From the NCBI GenBank assembly GCA_001029675.1, contig CP011210.1:384427-448426 (forward strand): a stretch of 64,000 nt of DNA, given 5' to 3'. This document shows, piece by piece, positions 1 to 10,323 of this stretch. Position 1 is the first letter of the stretch; each line of letters opens with the position of its first letter. The position numbers and the translations under genes are program-made. This stretch comes from Candidatus Beckwithbacteria bacterium GW2011_GWC1_49_16. GTDB taxonomy: Bacteria > Patescibacteriota > Microgenomatia > UBA1400 > CG1-02-47-37. The notes under the pieces are model-generated. The model ran no database searches, was not told where the DNA came from, and worked only from the letters and a program-made list of their open reading frames with translations.

Positions 1-631
1 CCTCTTTTTGGGGGACGGGATATTTTTTTAAAATATTGTCAACCGTTTTGGTAACCAGGCTGACGGCGTTTTTCCCTCTCCAGGGATAAGCGCCGTGGGC
101 GGTTTTGCCGTGAGCGACAAGATCAACCCTGACTATACCTTTGGATTGGTTGTTGATTCTAAACTCGGTGGGTTCGCCGGCGATAACAAACTCGGCGGTA
201 AGGCCGTTTTTAAGTTGATGTTTGGCTCCGTTGGTGCCGCCGATTTCTTCGTCGGTAACCAGTTGAAGACCTACAGGGTAGTTGAGAGTTTTAGCCAGAG
301 TTTTAAATACCAAAATGAGTGAGGCAGCGCCGCCTTTCATGTCTTGGGCTCCCCTACCGTAAAGTCGGCCGTTTTTGACAGAAGGGTTAAATTGACCAGG
401 TTTTCCGGGAACTACGTCTAAATGGGCATTGAGCAGAAGCTTAAATTTTTTAGGTTGAGTTTTGCCTGGATAAAACAGCAGGCTGGGTGTTTTATCAGAG
501 ATAAATTTTCTGACCCCAAAACCTTTAAGCCGGAGTTGGGCAACTTGGAGCACCCGAGTCAAAGCTTGAGGTTTTTCTGCCGTTGATGGGATTTTGATTA
601 ACTCTTTTGCGAGGGAGACTGCTTGGTTCAT
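1..631 (-). CDS. M20 family metallopeptidase (ArgE/DapE-like), C-terminus beyond window start
   Basis: My own minus-strand translation from the ATG at 631 gives MNQAVSLAKELIKIPS...NAHLDVVP...GRGAQDMKGG..., which are classic M20 motifs. The ORF is open to the window edge, so it is absent from the ORF track. Confidence 0.75.
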   Translation of the reverse strand, partial: MNQAVSLAKELIKIPSTAEKPQALTRVLQVAQLRLKGFGVRKFISDKTPSLLFYPGKTQPKKFKLLLNAHLDVVPGKPGQFNPSVKNGRLYGRGAQDMKGGAASLILVFKTLAKTLNYPVGLQLVTDEEIGGTNGAKHQLKNGLTAEFVIAGEPTEFRINNQSKGIVRVDLVAHGKTAHGAYPWRGKNAVSLVTKTVDNILKKYPVPQKE

Positions 632-668
632 TTTATGATGGTTTTAGCTAGGCTTTTACCTGGCAATT

Positions 669-746
669 TGGTGGACGGTATAGGACTCGAACCTATGACC
701 TCTACAATGTCAATGTAGCGCTCTAACCAGCTGAGCTAACCGTCCC
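669..746 (-). tRNA. tRNA-Val (anticodon GAC), CCA encoded
   Basis: Manual cloverleaf: acceptor GGGACGG/CCGTCCC, anticodon loop TTGACAT, T-loop GGTTCGAGTCC. Confidence 0.9.
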
Positions 747-772
747 TAGAGAATATTTTAACATAAACCTGA

Positions 773-1684
773 CTACCAAGGCGAAAAAGCTTCAATTTGT
801 CTCATGATGGCAGCTCCGTGTTTCTGCCAAGTTTTTGCTACCAAGGATTCAAGAAGCGGGGTTTGTGTCTGGTTATAGTTTAGGGGACGACCAGATAGGG
901 TCAGCACTCCCGGATTTAGACATTTCTCGTGGCTATAGTTGGCGGTTAGATAGTTCATGGTGTGAAGCGATAAATCGACCATAAGCGCTGTCTGAGCCGG
1001 CTCGAGACCAACCATATCTTGGTAAAGATGGGTTTTGGTTTTTTCTATAGAAAAGCCTACGGGGTTGTGCGGCCGGGGCATCGAGGCGGCAACGGTGTCT
1101 GCCAGTTGGGTTAGCAATACCTCGAAGGCCGGCCAGTCGCGCCGCTTAGGAAAGACGGCGGTGAAAGGCGTGTCGTGGTAAAGAGCCGCTGCCAGCCAGG
1201 GTGGGCCGATTTCCGGCTCGTCTTGGGCCAGATCTGCCAACATGAACATACCGATTGGCGGATGGGCCAGATGGCGTGCCTGGTCGTCGGCATGGCGATG
1301 GTCGCCGTTTAGTGACAAGACGGCCCCTGGTTTCGATCTAGAGTTAACGATGGCGACTGCTTCTGGAATGGTGCTGGCAATGCCGACCTTGCCGATGTCG
1401 TGAGTTGCCGTACCAGCTTGAGCCCGTCGGTGCCTGGCTTCAAGCCAGCGGCGTTGCGCAGCGTCAAGACCAGGGATAAGCGCCACTAATTGGTGAAATA
1501 AGTGGTCTCGGGCATCAACCGCTATAGCCGAGTGCATGGCGGTGATTGTGTCGACAACAGCCAGTTCGGTAAAGAGGCGTGCGGTCACCGGAAACTGGCC
1601 GCCTAAAACCGTCTCCATGGAGCGAGGCAACGCGGTAACCGGTTGCTGGTCGTGGTTAACTTTTAGCTCTACAACTGCGGTCAT
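773..1684 (-). CDS. HD/HDIG domain metal-dependent phosphohydrolase
   Basis: 303 aa ORF with an H..HD..H pattern and a THDIGK motif. The gene is GC-richer than its neighbours. Confidence 0.5.
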   Translation of the reverse strand: MTAVVELKVNHDQQPVTALPRSMETVLGGQFPVTARLFTELAVVDTITAMHSAIAVDARDHLFHQLVALIPGLDAAQRRWLEARHRRAQAGTATHDIGKVGIASTIPEAVAIVNSRSKPGAVLSLNGDHRHADDQARHLAHPPIGMFMLADLAQDEPEIGPPWLAAALYHDTPFTAVFPKRRDWPAFEVLLTQLADTVAASMPRPHNPVGFSIEKTKTHLYQDMVGLEPAQTALMVDLSLHTMNYLTANYSHEKCLNPGVLTLSGRPLNYNQTQTPLLESLVAKTWQKHGAAIMRQIEAFSPW

Positions 1685-1690
1685 AAAACC

Positions 1691-1715
1691 ACAAAAAAAC
1701 CTCCCGGCTGGGAGG
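1691..1715 (-). terminator. Intrinsic terminator candidate (hairpin CCTCCC-GGCT-GGGAGG plus a U7 run on the minus-strand RNA)
   Basis: Plus strand reads ACAAAAAAACCTCCCGGCTGGGAGG. On the minus strand this is a stem-loop followed by a poly-U tract. It lies downstream of the 1862..2401 gene. Confidence 0.5.
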
Positions 1716-1861
1716 TTGGTAATTAAGTCTTATTTAAAGCCTTAACAGCAGCAACCTCCCTTGCCGTCACCGACAAAGAGAATGGCAAACTTGATAAGGC
1801 TTTGGCTTGATTTCATGTTGGGGTTATTTTTACAAATCAATAGTTTTTTGTCAAGGGCTAG

Positions 1862-2401
1862 TTACCCAGCTTGGGTGGAGACGGTGCGTTCGCCGGAGAG
1901 CATAAAGCTGGTGCCGGAGCTTTTCACCTGGCCCCAGTAGTAGGCCCTTTGTTGCGAGCGTTGGTTGTGGAGACCCAGCCAGGTTTTGGACTCGGCGATT
2001 TTCTTGCGGGCCAGTTTGATTAAGGAAAGCAGTCTCTCAAAGAAGTTTTGGTGATAAACGCCCGGGTCGACGACTGCTTGAAAGGCGGCTTTTTCGACCT
2101 CGGCGACCAGGCCAACGCTTTCTTGGGCCAATTTTTTGATTTCTGTTTGGAGGGTTTGAATTTCAATTTTGACGCGTTGTTTCTCGCGGGAAAAAACGAT
2201 TTTTTCTTCGCGGCGGAAAGCTTCGAAGCGGGCCTGTTCTTGGTGGCGGATTTGCTTTTCTCTAAGTTTCAAGAATTCTTCAAAGTTAAAGTTTTCTGCC
2301 GGGGCTGCCGGTTGATCGCCGCCGTCTTTTAAAGCCTCAATGAAGTTTTGCGAAGGCTTTTTATTAGTTGTGGGTTTGGTTTTGGTGTTGAAAGGATCCA
2401 T
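1862..2401 (-). CDS. hypothetical protein (charged coiled-coil-like)
   Basis: 179 aa ORF with no recognisable motif. Confidence 0.45.
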   Translation of the reverse strand: MDPFNTKTKPTTNKKPSQNFIEALKDGGDQPAAPAENFNFEEFLKLREKQIRHQEQARFEAFRREEKIVFSREKQRVKIEIQTLQTEIKKLAQESVGLVAEVEKAAFQAVVDPGVYHQNFFERLLSLIKLARKKIAESKTWLGLHNQRSQQRAYYWGQVKSSGTSFMLSGERTVSTQAG

Positions 2402-2415
2402 TTGGGGGTATTTTA

Positions 2416-3312
2416 CTATAAGTTAGTAAGATAGTCAATCGTTTGGCGCTTTTTGATGATTGAAGCCAGATAGGCTCTTTCTTGAGGGGTGTTTAGTTGA
2501 CTCTTTAATTTTTCGTCTCCGGCGGCGGCGATCATTTTGTCCACTTCACCGTCGGAAGCTTTAAAGTTTTTATCTTCAGCGATGGCCTGAAGAATAAGCT
2601 CGAGCTTGAGGGTGTTTTCGGCCGACTGGCGGTATTCTTGCCTTAACCTTTCCACGGTTTTGTTGATGGAGGCGGCGTATTGGTCAATGGTCAGGCCCAA
2701 TTTTTGGACCTGGTCCAGGAGCCTTGACAAGGCGCGGTCTCTTTCGGCCTCGATTAACAAGTCGGGCAGTTCGAGGTTGATGTCTTTGATCAGGGCCTGG
2801 GCGACCAAATCAAATTTTTGGGTTTGGGTTAATTCTTTTTTTTCGTTTTTGGATGAACCTTTGCCAGGAGTCCAGATTTTGTCAGCGGCTAAAGCGCCGC
2901 GGGCAACTTTGGCGTAGTCGCCTACGACTACCTCGGGCAGTTCGCAGGCCGTGGCTTTAAACTGCCACGACTCCCCTTCTTTGGCGGAGACGATGGTGAT
3001 TTTGGGAGCCAAAGCCGGTTTGAGATTGTGTTTTTTAACCGCTTCGGCGTAAGAGCCGGGGAGTAAGTGGTTGACGACCTCGCCGTAAATGGTGCCGCGG
3101 TCGAGAGATTTTTCCACTACCGAGATGGGAGCTTTGCCAACTCTAAAGCCTTTGATTTCGGCGGTTTTTTGAAAATCCTCCAAAACGTGGGTATAGGTAG
3201 CCTTAACTTTGGTCCAAGGGATGGAAAATTCCAGCTCGAAGGTTTTTTTGGGCAGCCAGGTGATTTTGGCGTCGGGAGCTGTTTTGGTCATGGGCGGATT
3301 ATAGCATAACAA
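2416..3312 (-). CDS. tig: trigger factor lacking the PPIase domain (true start probably the Met at 3291)
   Basis: N-terminal ribosome-binding signature GFRVGKAP, then a C-terminal trigger-factor-like helical domain. At about 290 aa there is no FKBP/PPIase segment. Confidence 0.65.
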   Translation of the reverse strand: MLCYNPPMTKTAPDAKITWLPKKTFELEFSIPWTKVKATYTHVLEDFQKTAEIKGFRVGKAPISVVEKSLDRGTIYGEVVNHLLPGSYAEAVKKHNLKPALAPKITIVSAKEGESWQFKATACELPEVVVGDYAKVARGALAADKIWTPGKGSSKNEKKELTQTQKFDLVAQALIKDINLELPDLLIEAERDRALSRLLDQVQKLGLTIDQYAASINKTVERLRQEYRQSAENTLKLELILQAIAEDKNFKASDGEVDKMIAAAGDEKLKSQLNTPQERAYLASIIKKRQTIDYLTNL

Positions 3313-3333
3313 AATTTCTAATTGAGCTGATTT

Positions 3334-3705
3334 TTAAGTGAGAGGTAAATAGTAGAGGTGGGATAAGACATCGGTGAGGACAGTGGAGCGGTAGATTAAA
3401 ATGGATGCGGCCAAAAGCAAGACGCCAAAAACCAAGTGGAGGTAGCGGGTAGCTTCAAGGGGTTTTAAGAGGAGGCTAAAGCCGTAGAAGGAGTCGATAA
3501 ACAGGCCGGTGGAGATGATGATAGCTTTGTTGAAAAGATCAATGTAGATAACTTGGGTGTTTGCGGGGCTGACCAGGGTCTGGATTTTAGGCAGGACAAA
3601 AAGAATATCCCGGAAGGACAAGTAGATTTGGACTAAAGGCGAGACGATCAGGGAAACGGCGATGAGTTTTTTGGCGGCAAATTTAAGCCGGGGGTTAACT
3701 TCCAT
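3334..3705 (-). CDS. hypothetical small membrane protein
   Basis: 123 aa with several hydrophobic segments. Confidence 0.4.
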   Translation of the reverse strand: MEVNPRLKFAAKKLIAVSLIVSPLVQIYLSFRDILFVLPKIQTLVSPANTQVIYIDLFNKAIIISTGLFIDSFYGFSLLLKPLEATRYLHLVFGVLLLAASILIYRSTVLTDVLSHLYYLPLT

Positions 3706-3719
3706 GATTTGATTATAAC

Positions 3720-4927
3720 TTACTCGTAGCGAATGGCTTCAATCGGGGGCAAGTTGGCGGCCCGTTTGGCCGGAAAGACGCCAAAAAAGACGCCGATGGC
3801 GGTGGAGACGGAAAAAGCAATCACGACCGATAAAAGGTTGATGGCGGCCGGGAAGAATTGGCGGATGACCAAGATGATCAGGCTCGCCAAGGCGAGGCCG
3901 ATTAAACCACCCAAGACCGATAAGACGACCGACTCTGATAGAAACTGGGACAAAATGTCCTGGCGGGTGGCGCCGATGGCCCGCCTGATGCCGACCTCCT
4001 TGGTGCGCTCGGTGACGGTGGCGTACATGATGTTCATGATGCCGATGCCGCCGACGAGCAAGGAGATGGAGCCGATGGCTACCAGGATGGCGTTGACGAT
4101 GCCAAAAACTTGGTTGACGGTGGAGAGAATTTCGGTTTGTTCGGTGACGGAAAAGCTGTCTTCGTCGTAGCGTTTTGCCAGAATTTTTTCGGCTTGATTG
4201 ATGACGCTGGCGATGTTAGCCTCGTCGTTGACGCCGAAAAAGATAGTAAAGAATGTTTTATTGGGGTTTAAACGGCCGAAGGTGGTAGTGTAAGGGAGTA
4301 AAACGATGTTGTCCATTTCCCGGTCGCCTTTTTTGGCGTTGACGCCGATTACCTTGAGGCGCTGGTTGCCGGTGATGATGGTTTTGCCGACGGCTTTTTC
4401 CGGGGAGGAAAAAAGCTTTTCGGCGATGGCAAAACCCAAAACAGCCACTTTGGTTTTGCGGTTGACGTCGGTAGCCTCAAATGCCTGGCCGTAAGCTTGG
4501 CTTAAGTTTAAGATTTTGAAGGCGTCGGCGGTAACGCCTTCGACGTAGCCTAGTTGGGACTCGCCATTGGCGGTGACGGGCAGGCTTCGGAAAAATTGGG
4601 GGACGACGTAGTCGGCCTGGGGAATTTTTTTAAGGTTCAAGTAATCTTTTTCGTCAAAAGTAGCGCCGCCGGCAAAACCGGGGCCGAAACCGCCGCCGAG
4701 GCCGCCTTCATCGCTGAAAACGTTTCCTGGAAAGACGATGACCAGGTTTGAACCCAAGCTTTCAAACTGATCGCTCAAATAGTTTTTTAAGCCGACGCCT
4801 AGGCCGATTAATAAAACCACTGACATGACGCCGATGGTAATCCCCAGCGAGGTCAAGACGGTCCTGATTTTGTTTCTTTTAAAGCTGGCGATAGCGGTGG
4901 TGAAGATATCGGATAGGGTGTCTGGCT

Positions 4928-4931
<4 letters not shown>
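3720..4931 (-). CDS. ABC transporter permease, FtsX/MacB family
   Basis: N-terminal TM helix, a large extracytoplasmic domain and a C-terminal FtsX-like four-TM block. Overlaps the upstream ATPase gene by 4 nt. Confidence 0.8.
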
Positions 4932-5610
<679 letters not shown>

Positions 5611-5614
<4 letters not shown>

Positions 5615-6711
5615 TTGGGAGCGACAACTATGGTTTGGCCTGGTTTAAGCCCGGAGGTGATCTCGACCTGCTCGTCTCCTTGAATGCCGACGGTGACCGG
5701 TTGGGTTATAACCTGACCTTTTTCCACGAGCTTGACGCTGGTTTGGTTGTCGTCTTCTATTAGGGAAAGAAAGGGAATAGTTAAAACGTCCTCCTTTTCG
5801 GCGGTGGTAATGACCACCTCGCCGTTTAGCCCTAAGCGAAATTTGGAGTCGGGAGAATTTAACAGGTTTAGTTTGGCTAGATAGACGGTGCTGCCGGACG
5901 AATCAAGCGATGAAGCAAAATCAATGGAGTCGACGGTGAGATAGACAGGTTCGTCGGGAAAGGCGTCGAGCGTCAGAATGGCTTTTTGGTCCTGTTTAAC
6001 TTGGCCGATGTCGGTTTCGTCGATCTCGGCCTCAAAGACGAGGTGGTCGGGGTCGGCGACGGTAAAAACGGCGGTGGCGGGGGTGATGTTGACGCCGGGA
6101 ACGGGCACGTCGATGTGGGTGACGACGCCGGCGATGGGAGATACAATCGTCGACAGCTTGACGGCCAGGTCGGAAATCTCGACATCCAAAACCGCCCGCT
6201 CCAGGTCCCATTGGTTTTTCGCCAAAACCCTTTTGAGGGTGTCGGTAACCAGGGTATCCTGGTAGGTAACTCGACGATCTTCTTCAAAGTCATTTCTTTC
6301 TTTGGAGTAGTCGATTAACTCCTGAGCTAGCTGCTTTTTTAATTGCCTTTGGTCCAAGGAGGCCAGCGCCTGCCATTTTTGCACCCGGTCCCCAACTCTC
6401 ACTCCGACCCAGGCGAGTTGGCCCGAAGTTTGAAACTTTAAGTCAACTTGAGTCTCCGACTTGACCACGCCCGAAGCGGCGACGGTTTGGGTGAGGTTGC
6501 CCCGGTTGACTGTGGCCAAACGATAAAGTTCTTGGGGCGATTTGGGGCGGAGGCGTTGCCAGCTGAAAAAACCTCCCAGACCCAAAAAAACTGCCAGAAA
6601 GAGAGTGAGAAGTTTTCTTTTTTTAAGCCAAACGGTTAGGCTTTTAGCCTTTTTTGACAGGGAGCTAACCAGGTTTATTTTGGTATTGAGGTTTTGTAAA
6701 AATTTAAACAT
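5611..6711 (-). CDS. HlyD-family periplasmic adaptor / membrane-fusion protein (ORF trimmed to the Met at 6711 because upstream codons overlap the tRNA-Leu)
   Basis: Signal-anchor, coiled-coil and beta-barrel layout typical of MacA/HlyD. 4-nt overlap with the ATPase gene, so a three-gene efflux operon. Confidence 0.7.
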
Positions 6712-6742
6712 AAAGGTTATAACCCCGAGTGAAATCGAGGGG

Positions 6743-6826
6743 TGCCAGGGGTGGGAGTCGAACCCACATGCCGCAAGCGGCACACGGTCCTAAGCCGTGC
6801 CTGTCTACCGATTCCAGCACCCTGGC
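6743..6826 (-). tRNA. tRNA-Leu (anticodon TAG), class II long variable arm
   Basis: Manual fold: acceptor GCCAGGG/CCCTGGC, anticodon loop CTTAGGA, T-loop GGTTCGACTCC. Confidence 0.8.
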
Positions 6827-7603
6827 TCAAATATATTTTAGCAGAGGGTGAGCTAATTTTTTAGCCCGGGCTACAGCTTGGCGGTGGGCCTGCCATTCCA
6901 AGCGGTCGTTTAAGGGCTTTAATTTGACTGGTCCGTATTTGTTGGTCAAAGCCAATTTGATCAAGTGGTCGGCAAAGTGAGGGTTTTTGGGCAGCAAGCT
7001 ACCGTGAAGATAGCAGCCAAAGACATTATTAATCCGACAACCTTCGGTGTGGTCTTTCCCGTTATTGCCGTGACCGATGACTACTTTACCCAAAGCCGAT
7101 GATTTATCTTTCAGCCAAGTATTGCCGGAGTGGTTTTCGAAACCAACGAGAAGGTCAGATTTTAGATTGTCGATGGTAGATCGTAGACTGGGATTGAGTT
7201 TGATCACTAAATTGCCGATCTTTCTAACCTTGTCGGCGACCGTATAGGCCGGAAGAAGCCCAACCCCTTTTAATTTCGGCCCGGCAAAGGGCTTAAAAAA
7301 ATCACCGAAGAGCTGGAAACTGCCGCAAATGGTTAGCATTGGTACTCCTGCGTCAGACGCGGCTCGTAAGACCATTTTTTTCTTTTGCAAATCCCTGCTG
7401 GCGGTCACTTGTTGCTGGTCTTGCCCTCCCCCGGCAAATAAAAGTTCAAAGCTGCCGTTTTTAAGAGGCTCACCAACCTCAACCGGTCGAACGGTTAACT
7501 TAATTCCCCTTTTTTCTGCGCGGTATTTTAAGGCGATAATATTGCCGTAGTCACCGTAAATGTTTAAAAGTTTCGGATAAAGATGGACTAAGGTTAGTTT
7601 CAT
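6827..7603 (-). CDS. gatD: lipid II isoglutaminyl synthase glutaminase subunit GatD (CobQ-type glutamine amidotransferase)
   Basis: N-terminus MKLTLVHLYPKLLNIYGDYGNIIAL matches the GatD family. Lies immediately downstream of murT. Confidence 0.8.
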   Translation of the reverse strand: MKLTLVHLYPKLLNIYGDYGNIIALKYRAEKRGIKLTVRPVEVGEPLKNGSFELLFAGGGQDQQQVTASRDLQKKKMVLRAASDAGVPMLTICGSFQLFGDFFKPFAGPKLKGVGLLPAYTVADKVRKIGNLVIKLNPSLRSTIDNLKSDLLVGFENHSGNTWLKDKSSALGKVVIGHGNNGKDHTEGCRINNVFGCYLHGSLLPKNPHFADHLIKLALTNKYGPVKLKPLNDRLEWQAHRQAVARAKKLAHPLLKYI

Positions 7604-7605
7604 TT

Positions 7606-8718
7606 TTAGTTAGCCAGCATCCGGCGTAACTGGCGCATGGCCGTGTATGTTGCCAAAAGATATTTTTTTGCTCCCTTTTGCCGCTTTAAATAATTAAAGG
7701 CGTGGTCGGGATTGGGATTTAGCTTTATAAGTTGCGGTTTCAGTCCGGCATATTTTAAACGCAAAGCCAAGTCGTGGGCTCTTAAGCCAGAAACGATTAT
7801 GGGGATTTTTCGGTTTCGTAAAGCCTCGAAGTCAACGTCCCAGATCCAGGAAACGTCGGTGCCGTCGGCAACTTTATCGTTAAGCTGAATTAATAAAGGC
7901 TGGTTCAGGCGGCCGCGACGGAGCAAATTTTGCCAGTGGGTGTTGAAACTAGCCGGGTTCTTAACCAGATTTAATTGGTAGCTTTTGCCGTTAATTTTAA
8001 AAATCTCTCCCCTGCCAAAAGGCGGAGGCAAGCTTTTTAGCAGAGGTTTGAGCTTTTTGACTTTAAGGTTTAAAGCTTTAAGCAATGCCTGGAGTGCCCG
8101 GAAGCTATCAAGGCGGCGGTCGAGAAAGCGCCCACCGCCAAACCGGGAAAGATTGGACCAGCTTAAGACTGCCAACCTTGGGTCGGCGCCGTTGACGATC
8201 ACCCTGGCTTTTTGGGGCAAGTTTTTGAAACTCTCCTGCCAGCGATCGATCACGGTATCCAGTTCGCCGTAGCGGTCTAGCTGGTCCCGGGATAAATTCA
8301 TAATCAGCAAAATTTCCGGTTTTAACTGTTTGATGGCATCGGGCACGACCGCTTCGTCAACTTCCCAAATCCCTAAATCTGCCGGGAGTCTTCCCCATAA
8401 ATCAGCCTGGTCAATCAGTTTTGATGCCACTCCCCGCATCAGGTTGGAACCGGCACTGTTTCTGATAAAGTCGACTTTAATCTTTTTTAAAACATTGCCC
8501 AAAAGATAGGCAGTGGTGGTCTTGCCGTTGGTGCCGGTGATGATGATTGACCGAAGCCGGTTTTTGACCACCATCTTTTTGACCCAGTTTTTATCAAGAC
8601 TTATGGCGATCAGCCCGGGCAGGGCGGTGCCGCCAAGCGATGGCAGCAGCCGGCAAAAAAATTTAGCCAGCTTGCCGGCAAGTAAAGCCAAAGCCAGTTT
8701 TATATCCGAACTTGACAT
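7606..8718 (-). CDS. murT: lipid II isoglutaminyl synthase subunit MurT (Mur ligase family)
   Basis: Mur ligase P-loop TGTNGKTTT and the C-terminal DUF1727 motif DGTDVSWIWDVDFE. Confidence 0.8.
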   Translation of the reverse strand: MSSSDIKLALALLAGKLAKFFCRLLPSLGGTALPGLIAISLDKNWVKKMVVKNRLRSIIITGTNGKTTTAYLLGNVLKKIKVDFIRNSAGSNLMRGVASKLIDQADLWGRLPADLGIWEVDEAVVPDAIKQLKPEILLIMNLSRDQLDRYGELDTVIDRWQESFKNLPQKARVIVNGADPRLAVLSWSNLSRFGGGRFLDRRLDSFRALQALLKALNLKVKKLKPLLKSLPPPFGRGEIFKINGKSYQLNLVKNPASFNTHWQNLLRRGRLNQPLLIQLNDKVADGTDVSWIWDVDFEALRNRKIPIIVSGLRAHDLALRLKYAGLKPQLIKLNPNPDHAFNYLKRQKGAKKYLLATYTAMRQLRRMLAN

Positions 8719-8810
8719 ACTATAAGTTATATGTTAGTATCTCTTTTAGATCCGTCGGTAGCGCCTCACCGGGCATACTGATGGATTTTTTTATCCCTAT
8801 AATATTCACT

Positions 8811-9395
8811 CTAATTCATTTCGTCTAAGAATTGCTGGACAGCTTTGGACCAGGAACCGTCGGATAAGGGGGTGTAAATGCCTTGGATTTCTTCCGGAGT
8901 AGTCAACCCCTGGCCAAAGTAGTTTTGTGATAAACCTTGGGCGACGGCCTCGATGGCTTCCTGGTAAGAGGCAAAGCGCAAAGTCCCCCGGGAGTGAATT
9001 CCCCAGCCCCAACAGTTAAAAGAGTCGTCGGGGATTTTTTTGCAAAGATTTGATTCCTGCTGGGCGATGGCGACCAAAAGGCGGGGGTCCAGGTTATTAT
9101 TTCTGGCCGTTTCGACCAAAAAGTCGGCTTGGGGGTACAGCGGAGAAGAATATTTTTTCAAATAATTTTTGACGATTTCGGGAATGGCGTCGGCGGGTTT
9201 GACCGAGAAGGTGAAGGCGCCTAAAACTTCGGGCAAGACTGCGTGGGAGCCGACGGGGTCGACCGAGGAGAAGGCAATCCGGGGGCGGAAAGAAACGGTT
9301 TTTAGCTGGGCTAGGTTGAGGTAATAACCCAAAGACAAGAACAAAGTGACCAGGGCCATAGCCAGCCAGCCAAATATTCCCAAGAGTCGTTTCAT
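8811..9395 (-). CDS. hypothetical membrane-anchored exported protein
   Basis: N-terminal TM/signal anchor. Motif LLVAIAQQESNL faintly resembles lytic transglycosylases. Confidence 0.4.
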   Translation of the reverse strand: MKRLLGIFGWLAMALVTLFLSLGYYLNLAQLKTVSFRPRIAFSSVDPVGSHAVLPEVLGAFTFSVKPADAIPEIVKNYLKKYSSPLYPQADFLVETARNNNLDPRLLVAIAQQESNLCKKIPDDSFNCWGWGIHSRGTLRFASYQEAIEAVAQGLSQNYFGQGLTTPEEIQGIYTPLSDGSWSKAVQQFLDEMN

Positions 9396-9416
9396 ATTCT
9401 AGAGTATATCAGATAG

Positions 9417-9490
9417 TGGATCCTGTAGGACTCGAACCTACGACCTTCCGGATGTAAACCGGACGCTCTAACCGGCTGAGCTAAGGATCC
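9417..9490 (-). tRNA. tRNA-Val (anticodon TAC)
   Basis: Manual fold: acceptor GGATCCT/AGGATCC, anticodon loop TTTACAT, T-loop GGTTCGAGTCC. Confidence 0.9.
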
Positions 9491-9492
9491 AG

Positions 9493-9590
9493 TGTGCTCT
9501 ATTTACGAACAACTTCGAACTATTTTTAAACAGCAGGCTCGGTGCTAACGCCCCTCGCCAAGCTCCGGCGCGGCTGACGCCGCGCCTCCG
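9493..9590. repeat. Inverted repeat A, left arm: a 34-bp block (9493-9526) and a 26-bp block (9565-9590) carrying hairpin GGCGCGGC-TGAC-GCCGCGCC
   Basis: Both blocks are exact reverse complements of 10142-10175 and 10102-10127. The spacers between the blocks differ in the two arms (38 nt here, 14 nt in the right arm). Confidence 0.85.
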
Positions 9591-9633
9591 CTATTTTTTT
9601 CGCGCGCGATTTTGTACTCGCTTCGCGAGCATT

Positions 9634-9861
9634 TTACTCTCTGATAATTGGTACCACTGTTGCTTTGGCACCTTTATCAGCAATCGTTTTCCCCGGAGCT
9701 GGCTGTTCAATTATAATTATTTGGTCTCTATTCAAAAGTTCTAACAACGCCGCCTGATCACCATCTAAACCGTTCACCACTAAATTAACTTCATGTTGCC
9801 CCCCCTCTTGCGGTTGCCCCCGCTTAGGAGTTTTTCCTAAATCTTGTTGTTTTTCTGCCAT
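9634..9861 (-). CDS. hypothetical protein (75 aa) inside module A
   Basis: Lone ORF with no recognisable motif. Confidence 0.3.
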   Translation of the reverse strand: MAEKQQDLGKTPKRGQPQEGGQHEVNLVVNGLDGDQAALLELLNRDQIIIIEQPAPGKTIADKGAKATVVPIIRE

Positions 9862-10101
9862 TTAAATATCACCTCCATTTCTTTCTGCGTTATAGCCTAC
9901 TAATTGGTTTGAAGTATACCAAAAATTGACAAATTATGCTAACATAAAACTGTGCTCGATAATTGTGGGGATTTTTAATGCCCTCATTGGACGGATCCTC
10001 ACAGATTCGAGCACAACCAGTGAGGGCATTTAAGTTTTGTTCTTTAAAAATTTTCGCGCTTTTTCTTTTCCGCCTTCGGCGGAATTTCGAGCCGACTTTT
10101 T

Positions 10102-10175
10102 CGGAGGCGCGGCGTCAGCCGCGCCGGATCTTACCTTTTTGAAAATAGTTCGAAGTTGTTCGTAAATAGAGCACA
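10102..10175. repeat. Inverted repeat A, right arm
   Basis: Reverse complement of the left-arm blocks. Abuts repeat B by 5 nt, sharing GCACA. Confidence 0.85.
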
Positions 10176-10260
10176 AAAGGAGATCGGAAGGGTAGGCGCT
10201 GGCCGCGCCCGCCCTCACGGCCAGCGCCGCAGAGGCTTCGGACAGGGAAAATTCGAGCCG
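10171..10260. repeat. Inverted repeat B, left arm (90 bp; internal 11-bp-stem hairpin GGCGCTGGCCG...CGGCCAGCGCC)
   Basis: Exact reverse complement of 11728-11817. Confidence 0.9.
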
Positions 10261-10323
10261 GAAAAGAAAAAGAAGTAAGTGAAAAAGCGCGAAAATTTAA
10301 AACAAAAGAACAAGACAATAAAT

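Noticed and set aside
95-322. 75-aa plus-strand ORF at the window start
   Set aside because: It lies antisense within a well-supported minus-strand M20 peptidase gene whose motifs are unambiguous. It is probably a spurious shadow ORF.
5973-6318. Three overlapping ORFs on both strands
   Set aside because: They lie inside the HlyD-family adaptor gene and are shadow ORFs.
10279-10323. Upstream extension of recombinase 1 (MKKRENLKQKNKTIN)
   Set aside because: The paralog at 13311-14837 starts at the conserved MIKYIAYC, and the extension lies inside repeats B and A'. The start was moved to 10324.
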